A stretch of 64,000 nucleotides of DNA from Macrostomum lignano (Eukaryota), in assembly GCA_002269645.1 (NCBI GenBank), contig NIVC01002739.1, forward strand, positions 42,372-106,371, given 5' to 3'. The first letter of the stretch is position 1. The number at the start of each line of letters is the position of its first letter. The translations under genes were made by a program, and so were the position numbers. Positions 12,465 to 27,689 of this stretch are shown here, in pieces. The notes below the pieces were generated by a model, which saw nothing but the letters and a program-made list of their open reading frames with translations, did no database searches and was not told where the DNA came from.

Positions 12465-14399
12465 ATGAGCAGCCGAGCCAGCAAGCGGCAGTCAGTTGTG
12501 CAGGCAGATCAGCCTGAACTGGATCGTCAAGTTGCCGCGCTGCAGCACTTGGACACTTGCTGCAAAGAGATCTGCTCCGGCTGCAAAACTGCTTGTCAAT
12601 CGTTGAAGAAATGTGCCCCAGCCGAGTGGGAGCTGGTCATGGGCCTGATGCAGCATTCTGATCAGTTTCCGGAACTGCAAGCCTGCTTGGACCAATGGCA
12701 GGGCTTGGTTCGGGCTAAAGAGTTGGCTTATGACCAACTGGCCAACCATATCACTAGATTTGTGGCTAAGCCCATGGCTCAACTGCAGAGAATTCAACCG
12801 TGCGTTGCTCGACAGGTCAGCTAAGATAATTCATTAATTCTTCAATTGTGGGATATTTTTGCTTTGGAATTTTTCAGTGGATTTGTTGATGTTGAGATCT
12901 GTGAATGTTTGGATTTTTAATAATAGGATCAGTGAATGTTTGATTTTTCATAGGATCTGTGAATTTTGGGATTTTCAATGGGATTTGTGAATGTTGGGAT
13001 TTTTAATGGGATCTGTGAACGATGGGATTTTTAATGGGATCTGTGAATGTTGGGATTTTTAATGGGATCTGTGAATGTTGGGATTTTTAATGGGATCTGT
13101 GAATGTTGGGATTTTTAATGGGATCTGTGAATGTTGGGATTTTTAATGGGATCTGTGAATGTTGGGATTTTTAATAAGATCTGTGAATGTTGTTATTTTT
13201 AATGAGATCTGTGAATGTTGGGATTTTTAATAATGGGATCAGTGAATGTTTGATTTTTCATAGGATCTGTGAATTTTGGGATTTTCAATGAGATTTGTGA
13301 ATGTTGGGATTTTTAATGGGATATGTGAATGATAAGATTTTTAATGGGATATATTAATTTTTTTAATGGGATCTGTCTCTGTGAATTCTGGGATTTTAAA
13401 TAGGATCTGTGAATGTGGGTATTAAAAAAGAATATAATTCAACGAACCCGACTCAGGTAAAGCGACGGGAGCGGAAGCAGAGCGAGGAGGCCAGCCTGGA
13501 GAGCAACCTGGCTAAGGAGGAGGCCAAGAGCGGCACTGCCGGCAGTCGAACCGGGAAACGCTTAGCGACTCTGGCTTATCTGCGCCGGGATTTGGAATCC
13601 ACAAAATCTCAGCTGGCTCAGCTTAATGAGGCATTGCTTACCGATCTGCAAGCTTTGCAGGTAAACGCGTCTGACTCATCCTTACTCACCCCTGGTTCGA
13701 ATCCGTGCGCGGCAATAATTAAGGCTTGTGCACAGAGATACAAGTGTCAGATGTGATTGTCAGACAAGTGTCAGATATGATTGTCAGACAAGTGTCAGAT
13801 GTGATTGTCAGACAAGTGTCAGACAAGAGAAACTAGTGTCAAAGATGATTGTCAGACAAGTGTCAAGAGAAACTAGTGTCAAAGATGATTGTCAGACAAG
13901 TGTCAGATGTGATTGTCAGACAAGTGTCAGACAAGAGAAACTAGTGTCAAAGATGATTGTCAGACAAGTGTCAAGAGAAACTAGTGTCAGATGTGATTGT
14001 CAGACAAGTGTCAAGAGAAACTAGTGTCAGAGATGATTGTCAGACAAGTGTCAAGAGAAACAAGTGCCAGAGATGATTGTCAGACAAGTGTCAAGAGAAA
14101 CTAGTGTCAGAGATGATTGTCAGACACGTGTCAAGAGAAACTAGTGCCAGAGATTGCCAAATGCAATCCACCCGCAGGCCGCTCGTCCCGACTACGCGAG
14201 GCCCTGCGTCAGAGCCCTGGCCCAGGCGGAGGCTCAGCACTTCGACCAGCTGGCTCAGCTGTGCGCTCGCGTCAGCGACTGTTTCGCTGCCGAAGAAGAT
14301 TTTATTTGTTTAACCGCCGACTCTTACGCTGAGATGACCAAGGATCGATTGAAACAGATTCGGGCGCTAAGTATTGTGGCCGATACAACCGATTCTTAG
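12465..14399 (+). CDS. BIN3: Bridging integrator 3 (BAR-domain protein), ~258 aa
   Basis: Exons 12465-12815, 13457-13660, 14178-14399 with GT-AG, all phase 0; helical BAR-like sequence; C-terminus KQIRALSIVAD matches BIN3 LRALSIVADD; an unidentified upstream micro-exon via acceptor 12451 is possible. Confidence 0.85.
12875..13400. repeat. 28-bp intronic minisatellite (BIN3 intron 1)
   Basis: GGGATCTGTGAATGTTGGGATTTTTAAT. Confidence 0.9.
13735..14160. repeat. 40-bp intronic minisatellite (BIN3 intron 2)
   Basis: GTCAGAGATGATTGTCAGACAAGTGTCAAGAGAAACTAGT. Confidence 0.9.
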
Positions 14400-14544
14400 G
14401 CCTTTGTTTAGCCTTTTTCAATCAGAAAAAACGACTCCTTTGTCTTGAGTGAGATTTTCTTTCATTATTGAAAGGCAGTAATTTGTCTGTAATTTATGTC
14501 ACTGAGTCTTTGATACTTAATGTCCCGAGTAATTAAATCTGAGT

Positions 14545-14865
14545 TGTTTGTACTTTAATCCCAGAGTTGTAGATGCTTTAATCCCAGAGCAGTTTGTACT
14601 TTAATCCCAGAGCAGTTTGTACTTTAATCCCAGAGCAGTTTGTACTTTAATCCCAGAGCAGTTTGTACTTTAATCCCAGAGTTGTAGATGCTTTAATCCC
14701 AAAGCAGTTTGTACTTTAATCCCAGAGTTGTAGATGCTTTAATCCCAGAGCAGTTTGTACTTTAATCCCAGAGTTGTGGATAATTTAATCCCAGAGTTGT
14801 GGATAATTTAATCCCAGAGTTGTGGATAATTTAATCCCAGAGTTGTGGATAATTTAATCCGCGGT
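14545..14865. repeat. 23-bp minisatellite downstream of BIN3
   Basis: TTTAATCCCAGAGCAGTTTGTAC. Confidence 0.9.
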
Positions 14866-15984
14866 ATTTAGTTGTTTGTACTTTAATACCATTGTTGGCA
14901 CCTGGGATTAAATTATCGATATGTTAGAGTTGTGGATGCCTAAATGCTTTAATGAACTATTAGGCGATTTTAAAAATTGATTGATTGAACATCATTATAC
15001 TCGTGCGTTTGTATCTCAAAATAAATATATTTAAAATTTTATTCAATATGAATGAGACTATGGTATGAATAAGCAGTTGTACAGTTTTTTATTTAAGTTA
15101 ACGAATTTTTGTAATTTTTGACAAAATTTCAGTTTTTGCTACTACGAGTAAATTTGTTTCACTATTGCTAACAACGTGATCTACATGTATGTATTTTTTT
15201 TGTTATATTCCGTCAGTATCTATCTACCCAGATAACACATGTGTCTTTATACTCCAAGTAAACAGATTTTATACAATATATTAGTTTGATTTTATTTGCT
15301 AGTTTTAAAGAATAATATAACAAACTTTCTATTGTTGATTTTGCTCAAAGTTGACTAAAACAAAGCCGAAAAGTTAAAACGGTTTTAATTTAAAAAAAAT
15401 ATTCGATATCTTCGTTCGTTAACGATCGAAAGTTTAAGTTAATGGTGGATTTTGCAAGCACGATTGACTTAAGTGTCTGAAATGTTTTTCGTATTTAGAG
15501 AAGACGATACATATAAAACATGTTACATAACATTATATTACGTAATGTCGTGAATGTTGAGGGTGTTATACATAGATTTTAAGAATTATAATAGTTTGTA
15601 CTTCTCACTTATATGAAGCGTAAAAGGGAATTAAATCAGTAAAAAATATTTGGGCCAAAAATTCATACAAATATGAGTTGTCAGCCAATATCCACAAGTA
15701 TGCATATTAGTACATGCGAAACTACAGTTAAATCTGCTGAGTAGTTTATATACTACTAAAAAGCTAGAGTCGGATAAAGCAAATAAATAAAGCTTCCATG
15801 CTATGCATGTTAAAACAAAATAAAAAAATCGATTGTGCCCTGATCGCACAAATAAAAAATCATTTAACGTTTGTCATAAACTAGCTACTATACTAGTACT
15901 TTTTCTAATTTGGGAGGAAAATGAGTGATTTGAGGTCGTCGATAGAAAATTGCAACTCGTATTAATCCTACCGCGCACAGCAGT

Positions 15985-16450
15985 GATAACGGCTTGCGCT
16001 GCAGGGGGTAGGAAAATGTGGGGTTTAGCAAGCGATAAATGGGGCTTGCGCTGCAGGGGGTAGGAAATTGGGGTCGGGCGCAGCAGCGATAAAATGGGGC
16101 TTGCGCTGCAGGGGGTAGGAAAAAGTGGGGTTTAGCAAGCGATAAAATGGGGCTTGCGCTGCAGGGGGTAGGAAATTGGGGTCGGGCGCAGCAGCGATAA
16201 AATGGGGCTTGCGCTGCAGGGGGTAGGAAAATGGGGTGGGGCTCAGCAGCGATAAAATGGGGCTTGCGGTGCAGAGCGTAGGAAAATGGGGTGGGGCTCA
16301 GTAGCGATAAAATGGGGCTTGCGGTGCAGAGCGTAGGAAAATGGGGTGGGGCTCAGCAGCGATAAAATGGGGCTTGCGGTGCAGGGGTAGGAAAATGGGG
16401 TGGAGCTCAGCAGCGATAAAATTGGGCTTGCGCTGCAGGGGGTATGAAAT
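15985..16450. repeat. 55-bp G-rich minisatellite
   Basis: About 8 copies of GGGCTTGCGCTGCAGGGGGTAGGAAAATGGGGTGGGGCTCAGCAGCGATAAAATG. Confidence 0.9.
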
Positions 16451-16611
16451 TAGGGGTGGTTTTGACGTTGATAGAAAATCACTTGGTCGATAAAAGCCTT
16501 ATACGAAGAAATAGTTTGTTATAATAAAATAGACTATAAAATTGTCCGGTGCGGCTTCTCTAGTCTTGTGTATACTGTTCCACTTTGATATTGACTATCA
16601 AAATAAAAGAC

Positions 16612-19600
16612 CTATTCATCCTTGTTTCTGCCGCGCTGTTTCCGTCGCGCCGCCCGCCGCGTCACGGCGTCCAAACCGGCGCCGAACCTTTTTGCGGCCA
16701 AGCCGGCAAAAGCGGCATTCAAGCCGGAGAAAGCTGCCAACGCTAGCCAAGATGTGGCCAACCAGAATATCGATGTCGCTACAAAGACTAGCCAAGCTAT
16801 TAAAACAATAATTAGCCAAATTCGACAGGCAAAAGTAGGCGAGCAAGCCTCGGTTGGCTCTAGGCTTTGATCTCCGCTAGCCAGATCCGAAGATTGATAA
16901 ATGTTATTACAAAGACTTAAGTCTTTGTCGCGCCACAATTTTCGTAACCAATCGGCTGCTCGTTCGGCGTCCATCGGCACCAAGCTAGCCGGATGTCGGC
17001 GAACTCGCCACGCGATGCCGGCTGGAAGTTGACCGCGCAGAAATTTCAGCTCGCTACTCGGCGGCGGAGACGAATTGGCATCGATGAAGTCTTGCGTCAG
17101 ATCGTACACGGCGTCTAGACGGTCTGCGATGCCAGGTTAAGCAGGTTTGACTGCGGTTAGTACAAGCCTATAGGTTAAATATGTGGTAGCTTCAGAGTAC
17201 ATGTACAAGGCAACGTACGATGTACCCTCACAGCAGATTTAACGCCACCTTCACAGCAGATTCGGCGCCACTTTCACAGAAGAGTTGGCGCCAACTTCAC
17301 AACAGAGTTGGCGCCACCCCAAACAGCAGATTTGGCGCCACCCCTAACAGAAGATTTGGCGCCACCACTAACAGAAGATTTGGCGCCACTTTCACAGCTG
17401 ATTCGGCGCCACCCTCAGCAGCAGATTCGGCGCCATCCTCACAACAGATATGGAAGCAGCTGTTGAGATACCATCTTAATCCCAATCCCTCACTGTCAGT
17501 TATTTATACTAAGTCAAAGCTATACACATATACATGTACCTCCTAGTTGCTGTCGCAGATGCACGAAGCCAAGGGTTCGCGGCTGAAGTACCCGCTTTAA
17601 AGGCGCCAGGCCCTCTTTCTCGGCGTAAGCGTCGCTTTGAGCTTTCGTCTGTGGCGTAAAATTCGTGCCCTCTGGGAAGATTAGAATCTGTAAATTTGGC
17701 GAAGAAACAACTTTTCTGCATTCTCTACTCTTGTTTTTCACTTTCGTTCTTCTCTTAAACTACTTCAGCGCTGACTTATTCATTTAACTACTGTCTTGTC
17801 TACTCTATTACTGTCTTGTCTACTCTACTACTGTCTTGTCTACTCTACTACTGTCTTGTCTACTCTACTACTGTCTTGTCTACTCTACTACTGTCTTGTC
17901 TACTCTACTACTGTCTTGTCTACTCTACTACTGTCTTGTCTACTCTACTACTGTCTTGTCTACTCTACTACTGTCTTGTCTACTCTACTACTGTCTTGTC
18001 TACTCTACTACTGTCTTGTCTACTCTACTACTGTCTTGTCTACTCTACTACTGTCTTGTCTACTCTACTACTGTCTTGTCTACTCTACTACTGTCTTGTC
18101 TACTCTACCGCTGTCTTGTCTGCTCTACTACTGTCTTGTCTACTCTATCGCTGTCTTGTCTACTCTATCGCTGTCTTGTCTACTCTACTACTGTCTTGTC
18201 TACTCTACCGCTGTCTTGTCTACTCTATCGCTGTCTTGTCTACTCTACTACTGGCTTGTCTACTCTACTACTGTCTTGTCTACTCTACCGCTGTCTTGTC
18301 TACTCTACTACTGTTTTGTCTACTCTACTACTGTCTTGTCTACTCTACTACTGTCTTGTCTACTCTACTACTGTCTTGTCTACTCTACTACTGTCTTGTC
18401 TACTCTACTACTGGCTTGTCTACTCTACTACTGTCTTGTCTACTCTACTACTGTCTTGTCTACTCTACTACTGTCTTGTCTACTCTACTACTGTCTTGCC
18501 TACTCTACTACTGTCTTGTCTACTCTACCGCTGTCTTGTCTACTTTACTACTGGCTTGTCTACTCTACTACTGTCTTGTCTACTCTACTACTGTCTTGTC
18601 TACTCTACTACTGTCTTGTCTACTCTACTACTGTCTTGTCTACTCTACTACTGTCTTGTCTACTCTACTACTGTCTTGTCTACTCTACTACTGTCTTGTC
18701 TACTCTACTACTGTCTTGTCTACTCTACTACTGTCTTGTCTACTCTACTACTGTCTTGTCTACTCTACCGCTGTCTTGTCTACTCTACCGCTGTCTTGTC
18801 TACTCTACTACTGGCTTGTCTACTCTACTACTGTCTTGTCTACTCTACCGCTGTCTTGTCTACTCTATCGCTGTCTTGTCTACTCTACTACTGTCTTGTC
18901 TACTCTACTACTGTCTTGTCTACTCTACTACTGTCTTGTCTACTCTACTACTGTCTTGTCTACTCTACTACTGTCTTGTCTACTCTACTACTGTCTTGTC
19001 TACTCTACTACTGGCTTGTCTACTCTACTACTGTCTTGTCTACTCTACTACTGGCTTGTCTACTCTACTACTGTCTTGTCTACTCTACTACTGTCTTGTC
19101 TACTCTACTACTGTCTTGTCTACTCTACTACTGTCTTGTCTACTCTACTACTGTCTTGTCTACTCTACTACTGTCTTGTCTACTCTACTACTGTCTTGTC
19201 TACTCTACTACTGTCTTGTCTACTCTACTACTGTCTTGTCTACTCTACTACTGTCTTGTCTACTCTACTACTGTCTTGTCTACTCTACCGCTGTCTTGTC
19301 TGCTCTACTACTGTCTTGTCTACTCTATCGCTGTCTTGTCTACTCTATCGCTGTCTTGTCTACTCTACTACTGTCTTGTCTACTCTACCGCTGTCTTGTC
19401 TACTCTATCGCTGTCTTGTCTACTCTACTACTGTCTTGTCTACTCTACTACTGTCTTGTCTACTCTACCGCTGTCTTGTCTACTCTACTACTGTTTTGTC
19501 TACTCTACTACTGTCTTGTCTACTCTACTACTGTCTTGTCTACTCTACTACTGTCTTGTCTACTCTACTACTGTCTTGTCTACTCTACTACTGGCTTGTC

Positions 19601-22284
19601 TACTCTACTACTGTCTTGTCTACTCTACTACTGTCTTGTCTACTCTACTACTGTCTTGTCTACTCTACTACTGTCTTGCCTACTCTACTACTGTCTTGTC
19701 TACTCTACCGCTGTCTTGTCTACTTTACTACTGGCTTGTCTACTCTACTACTGTCTTGTCTACTCTACTACTGTCTTGTCTACTCTACTACTGTCTTGTC
19801 TGCTCTACTACTGTCTTGTCTACTCTACTACTGTCTTGTCTACTCTACTACTGTCTTGTCTACTCTACTACTGTCTTGTCTACTCTACTACTGTCTTGTC
19901 TACTCTACTACTGTCTTGTCTACTCTACCGCTGTCTTGTCTACTCTACTACTGTCTTGTCTACTCTACCGCTGTCTTGTCTACTCTACTACTGGCTTGTC
20001 TACTCTACTACTGTCTTGTCTACTCTACCGCTGTCTTGTCTACTCTATCGCTGTCTTGTCTACTCTACTACTGTCTTGTCTACTCTACTACTGTCTTGTC
20101 TACTCTACTACTGTCTTGTCTACTCTACTACTGTCTTGTCTACTCTACTACTGTCTTGTCTACTCTACTACTGTCTTGTCTACTCTACTACTGGCTTGTC
20201 TACTCTACTACTGTCTTGTCTACTCTACTACTGGCTTGTCTACTCTACTACTGTCTTGTCTACTCTACTACTGTCTTGTCTACTCTACTACTGTCTTGTC
20301 TACTCTACTACTGTCTTGCCTACTCTACTACTGTCTTGTCTACTCTACCGCTGTCTTGTCTACTCTACTACTGGCTTGTCTACTCTACTACTGTCTTGTC
20401 TACTCTACTACTGTCTTGTCTACTCTACTACTGTTTTGTCTACTCTACTACTGTCTTGTCTACTCTACTACTGTCTTGTCTACTCTACTACTGTCTTGTC
20501 TACTCTACTACTGTCTTGCCTACTCTACTACTGTCTTGTTTACTCTACCGCTGTCTTGTCTACTCTACTACTGGCTTGTCTACTCTACTACTGTCTTGTC
20601 TACTCTACTACTGTCTTGTCTATTCAATTACTGTCTTGTCTACTCTACTACTGTCTTGTCTACTCTACTACTGTCTTGTCTACTCTACTACTGTCTCGCC
20701 TACTCTACCGCTGTCTTGTCTACTCTACTACTGTCTTGCCTACTCTACTACTGTCTTGTCTACTCTACTACTGTCTTGTCTACTCTACTACTGTCTTGTC
20801 TACTCTACTACTGTCTTGTCTACTCTACTACTGTCTTGCCTACTCTACTACTGTCTTGTCTACTCTACCGCTGTCTTGTCTACTCTACTACTGGCTTGTC
20901 TACTCTACTACTGTCTTGTCTACTCTACTACTGTCTTGTCTACTCTACTACTGTCTTGTCTACTCTACTACTGTCTTGTCTACTCTACCGCTGTCTTGTC
21001 TACTCTACTACTGTCTTGTCTACTCTACCGCTGTCTTGTCTACTCTACTACTGTCTTGTCTACTCTACTACTGTCTTGTCTACTCTACCGCTGTCCTGCC
21101 TACTCTGCTATTGCAATGTCTGCTCCACCGCTGTCTTTTCTATCTTGCCACTAATTTGTCCACTCTGCTACTGTCGTATCTACTCTACCTACTCTACCCT
21201 TGTGTACTTTTAACGTAACAGTTTAAGGTATATACTTTACCAGTCTAACAGATGTAATCTACCCACGTCAATGTCATTTACCCCTGACCAGCTCTTGGAC
21301 GAATTTATCTCATCCAAAACTGACATAATTTAATTATCAAATGTGCCACAATTTCACCTACCGAATTCAACGCACCTGAGTTTTACAGCCAACGATATTA
21401 AAATAATCAACGCATTCCGTAATGTAAGGCTGGTCATGGTCCCAGGCCCGATGCAGAAACATGTAGTGCGCTGCCTGCATGGCCCAGCCAGGGCCTGGCA
21501 AATTCTTCAACTCGTGTTTCATTATAATCTTCAACGTAGATAGGCAGCCAAATCGCATTAACAAATACCAGATGTACATCCAGTCCAATCGACTTGGATG
21601 ATTCATAATTATGATTGCACAATCGCGTTTATCGATTGAATCGCCATAGTGACGAAACTTTAAGCCAAGGAAGAGTTCCATTAAAGCCTATGATGTTAAT
21701 AAGAAATTATGTCTGATTGTTTGAGTTTGTTTAACTTCTAATTATTTTAAGCCATGGAAGAACAAGAGTCTTGGGGGAAAAGTTTCAAGTCACCGGATAA
21801 AACCTTTAGCACCTCAGATGAGATTTTAGTGCTTTTCTGGGGGTCTTTGACTGTCTTGACTTGACCGCCTCCTAGATGAGTCCCCCATTGTATTTCTTCG
21901 TTTTGATAGCCAAAATTTAAACAACTTATTTTTGTCTTCAGGGGGCACCACCTACCTAAAGTTAATGATATCAGATAACTTTCAAATTTGTCCTAGATAA
22001 CAATAGCCACAGCCTCCCAAAAGCATTTATTTCTTTTTAATAAAACTTGAAACTTAGTAAAAAATTGGTCTTTTTGTTAACTGAGACAAAAAGTAAATTA
22101 AGCTAAAAAAGCAACTTACAGAGGCAAAGGTCAGCCATGCAGCAATCAGTGAGTCCATTGCAAAGCGAAATAGTTTTGGTGAGATGGCCAACAGCCATAG
22201 CAGAGGGCCCATTAGAAAAATGCACCCAAAATAGCTGCTCAGAAACAATAAAAGAAAGAATATAGCAGGAGCGATATTAAACAT
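16612..22284 (-). CDS. LCLAT1: Lysocardiolipin acyltransferase 1 (AGPAT8/ALCAT1), ~378 aa
   Basis: Exons 22284-22120, 21687-21376, 17687-17540, 17123-16612 with consistent phases; LPLAT motifs IIMNHPSRLDW, GWAMQAAHYMFLHR, ILIFPEGT, LDAVYD. Confidence 0.95.
17225..17450. repeat. ~24-bp GGCGCC-core minisatellite (LCLAT1 intron 3)
   Basis: CAGATTTGGCGCCACC-type units. Confidence 0.85.
17787..21200. repeat. 20-bp satellite, ~170 copies, with 1180-bp higher-order duplication (LCLAT1 intron 2)
   Basis: TACTCTACTACTGTCTTGTC; variant monomers recur 1180 bp apart. Confidence 0.97.
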
Positions 22285-23278
22285 TTTTTCTGTTTCTGAA
22301 ATAAAAATTGGACGAGAGCACTTTAATGATGAAAGTATAAATTGAAAAGCTAGTCATGAAATTCCTTCTCTTAGTTTTATGCTTCAATAATTAACTTGAG
22401 TTCTTTTTTTAACAATGGCATAATTGACAAAGATATAGCATATGTCTATAACAAGGCAGTTTAGGCCTATGATAAATCCAATATGATACATTTTTAGCAG
22501 TAAAGATAAAAGGTCTAAAATGAGATTATACAATATACTAAACCTAAGTTTAAGCTTATCTAAATTATAAGCTTCACTATTGAATGTAAATAGAGCAAGT
22601 TAAAAAATTGTTCATCAGAAACTTAATTCAAACCAATGATTTTTCCATCAGTTGTAACAAGTCAGTCAAAATAGTAGTAGTATCCAAAAAACTCACACTG
22701 TGTTTCAAATTGTTGTACTTGTTAATCTAAAAAAATAATGCACAAAGAGACACAGACACACATGTGTCACACTGTCACTGAATTATAAAGAACTAACCCT
22801 AACCTCATATAATAAAAATTACTCAAACTTACCCTTGTAACAACACTTACTCTGATATAAGTAAATATGATCAAGCGAAAAAATTTAACTCTAAGAGTCT
22901 GAAGTCATTCATTAACTCTTACTCAATATTCAATAATTACTCTTCATGCAATAAATTATGTTCATATACTAGGCCTATATCATCATATCTTTTGGTTATA
23001 ATGACACATTCCACATAGAGCCAGTCATGTTTACGAATAAATAGCTTTGATCCCATGAATAAGTGAGACACCAAATACAATCTGGCAATGGCAATTGCGA
23101 AAATGTTTCAAGTTATATTATGGATAATATAATGATATTATTATATTCTTACAAGTTACAACAATTTCACATAAAAAACTTCGACAAAAATTAATGCTAA
23201 TTATTTCTTAAATCTCAATTGCACCAAGCCACATTCGATTGAGTTAATGCCAACCAGAATAGGTAGTCTAAAGCATGT

Positions 23279-24787
23279 GGGCATTTCCGCCAAATAGGGA
23301 CACAAATTGTGTCCGAGTGTGCAAAGAAGAAGAAAAATGTTGAAAACAGGAAATCTAACTAGAATTTGTTATTAAATTTCTTTTTTTATCTTGTAGAAGC
23401 ACAAGAAATTTTCTGGTAACAATAAAAGTTGCCGATAAAAGTTATACTGATCTAAGAAGACGATTAATACCGTAGGAGAATAAAATTTTATATTGAGGCG
23501 TAATTGCTTGCTTATAATTAACTTTCTTTCAGTCAATAATTTTTTAATTGTTTCTTAATGCTTTTAATCAACTTTTTAATTCAGATTTTGTTATTTTTGC
23601 GCATAAGTTCATACGATATTTTTTAACTTTGTCAAAATGTTTTTTTCTGCGCGATATACCGAACGTAAATCTCTAATTTTACTTTTCAGTAACTAGCCGA
23701 TCACCGTAATTATTCAGAAGTTCCAGTGCAACTTTGCAAGCAGCAAGAAATGCATATGCTTCCACAATCTAGAGAAAGTTTTTCTGAAGCAATATTACAA
23801 GTAAATGTGGGGAAAATTGATTTAATACTATGTAAATTACTATCTACATACTGTAGTGCAAAATGTAAATTACATTTTTATTGATAAATAAACAAGAAAT
23901 TAATGTGAAACTGTTTTATTTTCCAGCTTTTATACCTAATGATAGTCTTGTAAGACTGATTTTGAGAAAAAAACTAGCAAAAATAAAATAAAGGGTACAA
24001 CATGAAAATACATCTCGTGTAAGTAGTGTGCTTACTACATTTAAATGTTAATATTTAAGGTATTTTGACAGATTACGGTTCAGCAGACCACTTTTTGTGA
24101 AGCTCTGTATGTCGGCAATCCATAAATATATTGTTTTCAGCTGATAAAAAGCACTAAAAAAAATTATTGGGTACAACATGAGTACAATCTTGTGGTTAAG
24201 ATGTCACATCGAAAAAAAATCAATGTCTTAGAAAAATGTATTAAGCAAATTCTATTGCTAAAAAATATACTGATACATCATCGCAAAGATGTTTTCCTTC
24301 ATTTAAGCTAAAAAACGTGAAGATTGAAAGCCTTATGAGTAAATGAGAGGGTACAACATGAGTACAAATGATGCAAAAACTTACCGTTTATACTTTTTGG
24401 TATAGCAAGAAAACTGATAAAAATCAATGACTTCTTGCAGGTTTTGTGACGAAAAGGAATGATTTTAACAAAGTTTAATGTGTTTTTTTCATGAAACAAA
24501 GAGAATTACTATAAAGAATGTTTTCTTCGCTCTTTTATTCAATGTTGAAGTTAAAAATTGTGTGTTTGGACATCCAAAAAAGTGGCGTCTACGTAAGTTT
24601 AAAATGGTTTTTCAACATTAATTTTGCCGATTAACAATCTTCAAATAGCTTTAAATTGAGCAAAAGTGGTTGTATTTTTCAGTTTAAGTCCTTGTTTGAC
24701 TTCAATTAGCTGGCTTAAGCTACAATTCATCATTTTCTGTTTGTTGAAGTGTAATTTTCCGATAGTGCCTAATTGGCGGAAATGCCC
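23279..24787. mobile_element. Non-autonomous DNA transposon, Sola2-like
   Basis: 20-bp TIR GGGCATTTCCGCCAA(A/T)TAGG, 4-bp TSD ATGT (23275-23278 and 24788-24791), GGG..CCC termini; internal GGGTACAACATGA three times at ~178-bp spacing; no ORF. Confidence 0.75.
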
Positions 24788-26189
24788 ATGTGTGTTTTAT
24801 TGTTCATGTATAAACTAAAATGTCAGAGATTTGGAAAGTTAAAAACAACAGTGCGCGATAACTATATTCGCAAATTTAATCAAAACGGCTACAACAAAAA
24901 CCGTCTTTTGCAAACAAGCTGCTGGTTTGGAAAAAATAAAATGCTAAAATAATCACAATTTAAATGTATTTGATGCTTGGTATTAAAGCATAAAAAGTGA
25001 TAATTTTGCGCGCTTTTTTGCATTATTAGAATGTACAGTAGATCGTGCAAAACAGTCTTGTTAACTTAGCTTAATATACATAATTATAGATATAAGCAGT
25101 AGAAGCATTATATCTATAAATAATACAGAAATAAAAATAATATAGATACATCATTTTATTAAAAGTTTGTATCGATCAGTTTTTCATCCTTGAAAACATG
25201 GTTTATGCTGACCTTTATATCAATTAAATCATTTGTTAAAAGTGTATTTTATTGAAATGAGCAGCGAGATTAATTCAGCACTTCAGGTGTCAAGTTTTTT
25301 GCCAAAAATTTTTTGAAGGTATTTTTAGCTTAGTCATTTTACTTTTAACTGCTTTAAATGCAAAGCATTTACAGCTTTATTTATATTTATAGCAATGCTT
25401 GAAAGTAATAGTGTTCGGAGGTGTTCCATATTTCAAAGCAATTTTTAGCTATAAAAAGTATAGCTATACTAGTAAGAGTATTTAGTGTTTAGTTGGGCTT
25501 CTGGTCGAAAAAACTAATGCCAGTATTTGATATGATACCTATTATATAATCTGCTTTTCACATATAAACATTAATAGTCTACAGTTAAGGGTACTCAACT
25601 TAGAGAAGTACATTGTTGAACTTGAAGAACAAAAATCAGTTAAAACATTTTCAAACTTTTGAATATAAAAATACTTAGAATAAAGAATTTTTTATTGTCA
25701 TCAAAGTCAAACTTGGTATGGTAAAAAATAGTTACCAGTATTTAAGGACAATTGATTCATGTTTAAATATGAATTTAAACTTAACTTACATATTTATTAA
25801 ATACACATATTTTTAGTATTTTATCAGTAAGGAAAAATTGTTAAAGTACTTTTGCCTATACATAGTATTTTAACCAGTGTTTAATGATTATGAGTACTAA
25901 TAATTCTACCACATTTTCATTTCATCAAGTTTCATTTGATTGCATAAAGTATCATTTGATTTGATTTTATTCCTTTGATCATGATTGTATTCGATTAGAT
26001 TATCATTTGATTTTATATTGCTGTATCTGTGCATCTCATGAAATGTTTAAACAGCTAATACCCTTGATACCTTTTTTCAAGACCTGCATGCGCTGTTGAT
26101 AAATCAAGTCTCTATTTCTTTAAATCACACTTGCACACAGCGCACTTAGCATTCAGTATGTTCATCCTCGCATCTGTTCTACCCTTTGC

Positions 26190-27292
<1,103 letters not shown>

Positions 27293-27689
27293 GTGGCGAA
27301 TTTTGTTTAGAGAAAAAACTCTCGATGCGATTAATAGTAGCGATATCTGAGTATTTTTGGCATTTTTTTGTAACATTCTGTATGACACGATTTCATTTTT
27401 CTATTTCCTTTCGCTTGTTCCAACTACAAACGAACTCAGGACGAAATATATCGGTTTAGTTTGAACTTGCTCATCCACTGAGTACCCATTTTTCATATTG
27501 TACGCTAGTAACATTGAATTGGATAGTGGGCTTTCTTGTTTGTTTGTTTGTTTGGGTATTACAATTTCAAACCCATATAGCTTTTAAAACATTTTGTCTA
27601 CCAAATTTTGCAGTTCATTTTTATGATACGCGCTCGAACAAGCTCGGGATTAGAGCTGATTAGAGCAGCCGTCCCGTCTTATCGTATCT

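Noticed and set aside
17796-21218. 1,100-aa ORFs in three frames
   Set aside because: Read-through of a stop-free 20-bp satellite antisense to an LCLAT1 intron
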